A DNA stretch of 9,534 nucleotides, taken from assembly GCA_964565125.1 (NCBI GenBank), contig CAZMCX010000002.1, forward strand, positions 16,260-25,793, given 5' to 3'. The position numbers and the translations under genes are program-made. The stretch comes from an uncultured archaeon. Its GTDB lineage: Archaea > Iainarchaeota > Iainarchaeia > Iainarchaeales > 0-14-0-20-30-16. Within the stretch, counting starts at the first letter, position 1; each line of letters opens with the position of its first letter. Below, one piece after another: positions 1 through 5,299 of this stretch. The notes under the pieces are model-generated. The model had not been told where the DNA came from. It saw only the letters and a list, made by a program, of their open reading frames with translations, and did not search any database.

Positions 1-267
1 AATAAGGGTTTCATATTTACATTTGATCTGCTGTTTATAGTGGGCCTGTTTATAACTCTATTTTCTGCGCCAGTCAGCGATCTTAAAACGCCTTATTTTG
101 ATTACTCATATATGAACTCAGACAAAATGATGTCTTATTATTTTGATAAGAACCCCATGGATATAAATAAAGATTCAAGTTTCATCTGCTACAATACTTA
201 CAAACAAAACCCAGGGGAAGAACAAGCCCAGATAAAAGAATACTGCTATGGTGGTTACTATGAATAA
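1..267 (+). CDS. 5'-truncated small secreted or pilin-like protein; possible class III signal peptide (..NKG|FIFTFDLLFIVGLFITLF), Tyr-rich Cys-containing ectodomain
   Basis: Frame 1 is open from base 1 (NKGFIFTFDLLFIVGLFITLFSAPVSD...) to TAA at 265-267. The track start at 40 is a GTG inside the hydrophobic helix, so the real start lies upstream of the window. The N-terminus parallels the next ORF (NKGF plus about 20 hydrophobic residues). The 67 residues after the helix hold 11 Tyr and 2 Cys. Confidence 0.5.
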   Translation, partial: NKGFIFTFDLLFIVGLFITLFSAPVSDLKTPYFDYSYMNSDKMMSYYFDKNPMDINKDSSFICYNTYKQNPGEEQAQIKEYCYGGYYE

Positions 268-787
268 ATCTAACAAAGGTTTTTTTAGCGTAATTCTTGC
301 AGTGGCAGGAGTTGCTCTTCTATTATTTAATATTTCAGTTCCAACTTATACCTCAAACAATTATCCTGAATTCATAACAAAAAACGAGATGCAATACCTG
401 TATTTAAACAATTTAGTAACAAAACACATGACAGATTATTTTGTTTCTACACCAGGTTGTGATTTTGATTTTGTGGATTTTAAAGATTACCTAAATTCCA
501 ATAGTGCCTCATTTTGTGAAAACTTTAGTAGTGAATTTTTTAAATGCAGTGTTGAAGTGGTAAGTGTGTTCCAAGAGTCTGGTAAGATAAGCACCAGCCT
601 TTCAATAAATAATTCTTTTGATAAAGGAACAATCCATTTCACATATTCCAAAGACTTTGTTTTTTCAAAAGTTTTTGTCTCAACACAAATTACAATCCCT
701 CTGCCAGATGGCACAGAGAAGAAAAGCTGCAATTATACAATTACTGATTATGAATCCCAATTAATAGAAGCATCAGGAACTAAATAG
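260..787 (+). CDS. Secreted or membrane-anchored protein with possible class III signal peptide (MNKSNKG|FFSVILAVAGVALLLF); 4 Cys; putative pilin-like or adhesin subunit
   Basis: ORF 248-787 in the track. I prefer ATG 260 because GGTGG (250-254) lies 5 nt upstream, the same motif seen before the genes at 4501 and 4946. The protein has a short basic leader, KG, then a 20-residue hydrophobic helix. The remainder is hydrophilic with 4 Cys and several N-x-S/T sequons. It overlaps the upstream ORF by 8 nt. Confidence 0.55.
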   Translation: MNKSNKGFFSVILAVAGVALLLFNISVPTYTSNNYPEFITKNEMQYLYLNNLVTKHMTDYFVSTPGCDFDFVDFKDYLNSNSASFCENFSSEFFKCSVEVVSVFQESGKISTSLSINNSFDKGTIHFTYSKDFVFSKVFVSTQITIPLPDGTEKKSCNYTITDYESQLIEASGTK

Positions 788-790
788 TTT

Positions 791-2125
791 TTAGAATAAA
801 GTAACTTGTTTTCCTCTGCCTGCATTTGTAGGCGTCTTTGTAGGTGCCAAAGTAGTTTCTGATTTTTCCAGGTATTGATTTAATTTGTCTTTGGGCTTAG
901 TTTCTGTTTTATCCATTGCTTTTGGCTCTTTTGTCGGCATTTTAAATTTTATTTTTAATAATTTTTCAAGATCTTCTAATTCTGAATCAGTATATTTGCT
1001 TTGCAAAAATTCCGGGTCTGTACTTTCAAAATATTGTTTGTAGTATGGAATTTCATTCAAAATTCTTTTGGAACTTCCCCTTATCAGTTTTTGCACTAGT
1101 TTGGCAATTGATTTATTTTTTGAAAAGTTGCTTCTATCCCTGGACATTCTTGAAATAAAACTAGGAAAATTAAACTTTGTAAACTTTTTGTTCTTTAGCA
1201 TAAATGGTGCCACGATTCCAGTCATTAGATAATACTTTAAAAAAATCCAATTCTGTCTTTTGTAAATATAATTTTTCATCAAGTCTGCATAAGACACCAA
1301 GTCGTATGCTTTTTTTAGTTCGGGATAACCATAAATAGATGAAATATTTTCGTTTACCCATGCAAATTGCATATCATAATCTATGTTACAGGAATCTTGT
1401 ATCCGCTTGCCCTCTATCAAGGATTTAGATTTTTGTAAATTCATTAATGTTGAAAATATATTTTCTGTTTTTTCCCTTTCTCCCAATATTGCAATAGTTT
1501 TTTCTGTTACCCCGATATCAGCCAGAGCCTCTAGATCCAAAATCGCAGAGCGTATATCTCCTTTTGCGCTTTTTGCCATTATTTCTAAGGCACTTTCAGA
1601 AAAATAAATATCTTCTTTTGCAATAATCTCTTTTAATTTTTTTTGTATTTCCAAATAAGTTAATTTCTTCAAATTGACAACAAAACAATAATTTACTATT
1701 TCCCTTATTTTTTGGCTGGAATAAATATTAGTTGCAGTGAAGATAACTGGATTTTTTGCAATCTTTATTATCTCTAAAATTTTTGAACTTGCCCCGCTGT
1801 CTTTAACTGGAAGAAAATCAAGATCTTCAAAAACGAAAAGGTTTCTTTTATTAAAAAAAGAACTTGATTGGACAAATAATTCCATCCTTTTTTCTAGAGA
1901 GTCTTTATCTCTCTGCTCATCAGAACTGATTTCGTTTATTTGCCAGTTTTTTTCATAAGAAATAACTCTTGCAATAGTGCTTTTTCCAACCCCTGTGCAC
2001 CCAACAAGCAGTAGCGGTTTACGTTCTTTATCGAAGTTTTCAGCCCAGGCTCTTACCTCAATAATGGCTTGTTTATTACCTACAAACCCTTCAAAGCTCT
2101 GTGGCTCATACTTATCTAAGAACAT
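791..2125 (-). CDS. rfcL: Replication factor C (clamp loader) large subunit, divergent
   Basis: 444 aa. The N-terminus is LDKYEPQSFEGFVGN (RFC box II-like). The P-loop GCTGVGKST is at 1976-2002. FVFEDLD sits in the Walker B position, and a GDIRSAILDLE sensor-2 region is present. A K/T/P-rich linker leads to the C-terminal GKQVTLF (PIP-box-like). Length and domain order fit archaeal RFC-L. Confidence 0.85.
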   Translation of the reverse strand: MFLDKYEPQSFEGFVGNKQAIIEVRAWAENFDKERKPLLLVGCTGVGKSTIARVISYEKNWQINEISSDEQRDKDSLEKRMELFVQSSSFFNKRNLFVFEDLDFLPVKDSGASSKILEIIKIAKNPVIFTATNIYSSQKIREIVNYCFVVNLKKLTYLEIQKKLKEIIAKEDIYFSESALEIMAKSAKGDIRSAILDLEALADIGVTEKTIAILGEREKTENIFSTLMNLQKSKSLIEGKRIQDSCNIDYDMQFAWVNENISSIYGYPELKKAYDLVSYADLMKNYIYKRQNWIFLKYYLMTGIVAPFMLKNKKFTKFNFPSFISRMSRDRSNFSKNKSIAKLVQKLIRGSSKRILNEIPYYKQYFESTDPEFLQSKYTDSELEDLEKLLKIKFKMPTKEPKAMDKTETKPKDKLNQYLEKSETTLAPTKTPTNAGRGKQVTLF

Positions 2126-2192
2126 ATATATTCTTGTCTCAGGTTAATCTTAAATAAATATGTGGGGCATTTGAACCCCAAGAATTAGATAA

Positions 2193-2465
2193 TTATTGTT
2201 TGTTTTTCTCTTTTTCGAACTTGGCTTCTAATGTTTTTTCAACTTCTTTTACGAATTCTGGCTCTTTATCTGCTATTTTTTCCATATGCCTGTCTTCTAA
2301 CTTGTTGTGTACGTAAAAATAAGCAGTTATTATTGCATCTAAGTCCAATTTTCTTTTATAACCTAATCTTGCAATCTGTTCAAAATAAAGTTTAACAATA
2401 TTATATGCAACTATCTCTCTACTAGCCGTTTCAGCACCAATTACTTTTCCGAAATCTAAGTCCAT
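2193..2465 (-). CDS. Hypothetical small (90 aa) soluble, predicted helical protein with K/E-rich tail
   Basis: An ATG-initiated ORF with a G5 run (complement of 2473-2477) 7 nt upstream as an RBS. It has no TM segment, no Cys and no motif I recognise. It lies upstream of and co-oriented with rfcL (67-nt gap), and is divergent from the pilin operon. Confidence 0.6.
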   Translation of the reverse strand: MDLDFGKVIGAETASREIVAYNIVKLYFEQIARLGYKRKLDLDAIITAYFYVHNKLEDRHMEKIADKEPEFVKEVEKTLEAKFEKEKNKQ

Positions 2466-2599
2466 TTTTAGGCCCCCAAATATAATTTACTATATAACAA
2501 TGAAAAAGGATATTTAAATACTTTTACTTTTTTTCTCGGTTTTAACAGAAACTTATAAAAATAAGTATATCTTATATATTTAGAAAACCAGGTGTTGTA
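2466..2599. promoter_or_regulatory. Divergent intergenic promoter region for the pilin operon (+) and the 90-aa gene (-)
   Basis: A 134-nt AT-rich gap. TTATAAAAAT (2553-2562) is a TATA-box-like element 38-47 nt before ATG 2600, with AGGTG (2590-2594) as the RBS. ATATTTAAA (2508-2516) is a candidate TATA for the minus-strand gene. This rests on position and composition only, and AT-rich genomes give many false TATA matches. Confidence 0.35.
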
Positions 2600-2779
2600 A
2601 TGATTAAATTCCTTAAAGACCATAGAGGGCAAGCATCTATAGAGATTCTTATAGGGGTAGTAATTGTGATAGTTATTGCAACGCTTGTTGGGCTATTTTT
2701 GAAAAAGAGCCTGATAAAACCGCAAGAGCAAGGTGCGGATTTGATAGACAAAGTTTCTGGAGATATTGGGGGTAAGTAA
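2600..2779 (+). CDS. Mini-pilin 1: class III signal peptide (DUF361/PF04021-like) archaeal type IV pilin, 59 aa; not in supplied ORF track
   Basis: My own translation is MIKFLKDHRG|QASIEILIGVVIVIVIATLVGLFLKKSLIKPQEQGADLIDKVSGDIGGK, ending at TAA 2777-2779. AGGTG lies 5 nt upstream of the ATG. It has Q at +1 and E at +5 like the next three genes. Its stop is 1 nt before the next start. Confidence 0.72.
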   Translation: MIKFLKDHRGQASIEILIGVVIVIVIATLVGLFLKKSLIKPQEQGADLIDKVSGDIGGK

Positions 2780-2780
2780 C

Positions 2781-2978
2781 ATGTTAAAATTTTTTGATGA
2801 AAAAAAGGGACAGGGTGCTTTAGAGTACATTTTGATTATCGGTGCAGCAGTTCTAATTGCTGCAATAGTAATAGCAATCTTAGTAAGTGCCGGAAGATCA
2901 GGTAAAGACGATGCAAACAGCGCACTAAGCAAACAACAAAAAGATTTTAATACATTAAAAAATATTGCAAATGAGTGA
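2781..2978 (+). CDS. Mini-pilin 2: class III signal peptide archaeal type IV pilin, 65 aa
   Basis: MLKFFDEKKG|QGALEYILIIGAAVLIAAIVIAILV..., followed by a short hydrophilic tail. The track start at 2766 is TTG. ATG 2781 is preferred because it gives a typical 10-aa basic leader and GGGGGT (2768-2773) lies 7 nt upstream. It is a close paralog of the next gene. Confidence 0.85.
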   Translation: MLKFFDEKKGQGALEYILIIGAAVLIAAIVIAILVSAGRSGKDDANSALSKQQKDFNTLKNIANE

Positions 2979-2983
2979 TACCT

Positions 2984-3190
2984 ATGGGTTTTCTTAAAGA
3001 AATTAAAGGGCAGGGAGCCCTTGAATATTTATTAATCATTGGTGCAGCAATTCTTTTGGCAGCAATAGTTATCGGTGTTTTAATAAAAACATCAAGTAAT
3101 GCAAAAGATGACATAAACGACACCCAAAAGGTATATGATGACCAAGTAGATAAAGCAAAGAAAGAGTTTGGATTAGACAATAATGCTTAA
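2984..3190 (+). CDS. Mini-pilin 3: class III signal peptide archaeal type IV pilin, 68 aa
   Basis: MGFLKEIKG|QGALEYLLIIGAAILLAAIVIGVLI..., followed by a hydrophilic tail. The track start at 2975 is GTG. ATG 2984 is preferred, with GTGAT (2975-2979) 4 nt upstream. The N-terminal 30 residues are near-identical to mini-pilin 2, with many third-position DNA differences. Confidence 0.85.
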   Translation: MGFLKEIKGQGALEYLLIIGAAILLAAIVIGVLIKTSSNAKDDINDTQKVYDDQVDKAKKEFGLDNNA

Positions 3191-3202
3191 TAAAGTGATT
3201 TT

Positions 3203-3394
3203 ATGTCTATAACAAAGTTTGTAAAGGATAAAAAAGCACAGATAAGCTTTGAATACCTTCTTACTATTGTTTTTGCTGTTCTTTTGGTTATTGCAGTAAC
3301 TCTTTTTGTTCTTCAGCTGAGAAAAATAGGGCAAGTTGCTCAAACCAAGATAGAAAACTACAAGATCGAGTATTTTAAGAAAACCTTCGAATAG
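3203..3394 (+). CDS. Mini-pilin 4: class III signal peptide archaeal type IV pilin, 63 aa
   Basis: MSITKFVKDKKA|QISFEYLLTIVFAVLLVIAVTLFVL... It has KA at -2/-1, Q at +1 and E at +5. AGTGAT (3194-3199) lies 3 nt upstream of the ATG. Confidence 0.75.
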   Translation: MSITKFVKDKKAQISFEYLLTIVFAVLLVIAVTLFVLQLRKIGQVAQTKIENYKIEYFKKTFE

Positions 3395-3424
3395 TTTTTT
3401 ATTCTCTCTTTTTCTATTTTAATA

Positions 3425-4504
3425 ATGTATTTTTTAGATTTGGTATTTTCTTATTTGCCATACATCCTCGTCTTCATAGCCTTAGCAATAGGGTCTTATA
3501 CTGATCTAAAGACAAGAGATTTACATAATTGGCTTACATTTGGGCTCATCATACTTGGAATTCTATTCTGGGTTGCAAAAAGCATTTATGTTGAACAATT
3601 CTTATATTGGCCTTTGCTTATTGGCCTAATAACCTTTGTTATTTGTTACCTGCTCTGGTATTTTTCAGTATTTGCTGGTGGGGATGCAAAGCTTATTGCA
3701 GGAATTGCATTCTGTATTCCCTATCAAGACTTCTCAATATTCTTTAATAATGGAATTAATCCTTATTTTTTACCTGTTTTTTTTGTTCTTGCAGTTTTCA
3801 TAGTATTCCCCCTGGGATTTTTCTTGGTTTTGAAAAGGATAATCATGAACAAATATTATAAAATAATTTTAAAAGATTTAATTAAGAAACTTCCGGGGTA
3901 TTTAGAAGTTGCAGTTACTCTTGTTGGGCTATATTACATTTTCTCTCTTTTGCAGATCCCAACAATTTTTGCTTTGCTTTCCTTCTTACTATTTAAAATA
4001 AATTGGAAGCTGCGTCTGCCAATCGCAATTATTGTTTTTGCAATTGCAATATATCTAAATCCCTTACGCCTAGTTGATGTTTTGATTTATGTATTGATTT
4101 CAATAGTGTTCTTTTCCTTTGTAAAATTATTTGGCTTTGTAAGATCTAAAGAATTTGCAGACCTAAAGAAGATAAGCGCATTAAAAGAGGGGGATATACT
4201 CTATAGTTCTGTTTACATAAAGGATAACGCCCTAATAACAAAGCCAACAATAAAAGATATGTTTAAAAACATCAAAAATAAAGATATATTACAAAAAACA
4301 ATCCGATCTATGAAAAACAAGAATTATGATATAGTAATTCAAACAAGGCCTGCGGGGCTTTATGATGAAGAAATAAAAATATTAAAGAAATTAAATAAAA
4401 ATAAAGTAATTCCCGCAGAGATTTACATTAAGCAAAGCGTTCCGTTGACACCTTCGTTGTTTTTAAGTTATATTGTGTTATTATTTATTGGTGGATTATT
4501 ATGA
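3425..4504 (+). CDS. A24-family prepilin/preflagellin (class III signal) peptidase, EppA/PibD/FlaK-like, with extra TM segments and a roughly 100-aa soluble insertion
   Basis: 359 aa, polytopic. The first catalytic Asp motif is SYTD27LKTRD (gat 3503-3505) and the second is FAGGD87AKLIAG (gat 3683-3685), which is the GxGD-type aspartyl protease signature. The gene sits among its presumed substrates. Its stop overlaps the next start in ATGA (4501-4504). Confidence 0.85.
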   Translation: MYFLDLVFSYLPYILVFIALAIGSYTDLKTRDLHNWLTFGLIILGILFWVAKSIYVEQFLYWPLLIGLITFVICYLLWYFSVFAGGDAKLIAGIAFCIPYQDFSIFFNNGINPYFLPVFFVLAVFIVFPLGFFLVLKRIIMNKYYKIILKDLIKKLPGYLEVAVTLVGLYYIFSLLQIPTIFALLSFLLFKINWKLRLPIAIIVFAIAIYLNPLRLVDVLIYVLISIVFFSFVKLFGFVRSKEFADLKKISALKEGDILYSSVYIKDNALITKPTIKDMFKNIKNKDILQKTIRSMKNKNYDIVIQTRPAGLYDEEIKILKKLNKNKVIPAEIYIKQSVPLTPSLFLSYIVLLFIGGLL

Positions 4505-4965
4505 AATTTGGAAAAGGCAAGGGGCAAATGACTATTGAGTTTATCTTAATAGTAGTTGTGATACTGATTTTATTACAAACTATTGTTGTGCCATTTACTA
4601 ATTATGCAAAGGACTCGGTAATTGATATTTCATCTTTGTCCTATGTTGATCAATCTGCTAACAATCTAAAACAATCAATAGAATTTGTGACTATGAATGA
4701 ATCAATGGCAAAAACACAAGTAACAATATTTATCCCTGTTGACTCAAACTTAGTTGTTTCTGCAGATTCGATATCTTATTTTATTTTATTAAAAGATGCG
4801 CCAAAGAATTCTAATTGTAATAATGATGGTTTGTGCACAAAAACAATTTATTTACAAAAAGGAATTTCCAACAGCGAAGATATAATTTTACCTGGAAAAA
4901 AAGAATATTCCTTAAATATTTTTAAAGAGCCCGGTGGAAAAACTTATGTTGAGCTTTTGCAATAA
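4501..4965 (+). CDS. Pilin-like protein with class III signal peptide and about 120-aa globular domain (154 aa)
   Basis: MKFGKGKG|QMTIEFILIVVVILILL... with Q at +1 and E at +5. GGTGGA (4490-4495) lies 5 nt upstream. It is translationally coupled to the peptidase (ATGA). A C106-x5-C112 pair is at 4816-4836, and N-x-S/T sequons are present. Confidence 0.72.
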   Translation: MKFGKGKGQMTIEFILIVVVILILLQTIVVPFTNYAKDSVIDISSLSYVDQSANNLKQSIEFVTMNESMAKTQVTIFIPVDSNLVVSADSISYFILLKDAPKNSNCNNDGLCTKTIYLQKGISNSEDIILPGKKEYSLNIFKEPGGKTYVELLQ

Positions 4966-5299
4966 GAACAACCTAAATAGTAAGGGACAATCAAGCTTTG
5001 AAATTCTTTTTGTTACAATAGTTGTTATTCTGCTTGCAGGAATATTGTATTATTTTACTTTAGGAAACACAAAAGAAATAAGTAATATGGGTGTAGTAAA
5101 GACTGAAGTAGAATCATTTTTCGTTGAAAATAACTTACAGATAACTGTTTCGAATATAGATCTGGCGGTAAATACAAATCTTGTTCAAGCAAAAATAAAA
5201 TTATCAAAATCATACGAATTCTCAGAAATTCAGCTTGAATTATTGAAATCAAAAATAAAAAAGAAAATAAAGAAAGATGTTGAATTTATCTTTTATTAA
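4946..5299 (+). CDS. Pilin-like protein with class III signal peptide (117 aa)
   Basis: MLSFCNKNNLNSKG|QSSFEILFVTIVVILLAGILYY... with Q at +1 and E at +5. The track start at 4934 is a GTG lying inside GGTGGA (4933-4938). That motif is 7 nt upstream of ATG 4946, which I therefore prefer. The gene overlaps the previous one by 20 nt. Confidence 0.65.
   Translation: MLSFCNKNNLNSKGQSSFEILFVTIVVILLAGILYYFTLGNTKEISNMGVVKTEVESFFVENNLQITVSNIDLAVNTNLVQAKIKLSKSYEFSEIQLELLKSKIKKKIKKDVEFIFY

Noticed and set aside
2163-2180. Small hairpin TGGGG-CATTTGAA-CCCCA between the 90-aa gene and rfcL
   Set aside because: It has only a 5-bp stem, and archaeal termination does not require hairpins. It may be incidental, so I did not call it as a feature.
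2693-3180. Minus strand ORFs 2693-2932 and 2947-3180, which look hydrophobic and membrane-like
   Set aside because: They are the reverse complements of the pilin hydrophobic helices, and the complement of hydrophobic codons is again hydrophobic. The + strand frames are supported by a conserved paralog signature, RBS motifs and tight operon spacing.
1-3394. Idea that the short, aromatic-containing pilins or the Tyr-rich ORF form conductive e-pili like Geobacter PilA
   Set aside because: Mini-pilins 1-3 contain few aromatic residues, and their spacing cannot be evaluated without a filament model. The Tyr-rich protein is not clearly a pilin. This is too speculative to report as a finding.
487-5252. 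Nested or antisense track ORFs 487-732(-), 1170-1361(-), 1383-1607(+), 1737-1958(+) and 5055-5252(-)
   Set aside because: Each lies wholly inside a longer, better-supported gene (the 260-787 ORF, rfcL, or the pilin-like 4946-5299 gene), either on the opposite strand or in another frame (1170-1361 is same-strand, out of frame within rfcL). None has independent support.
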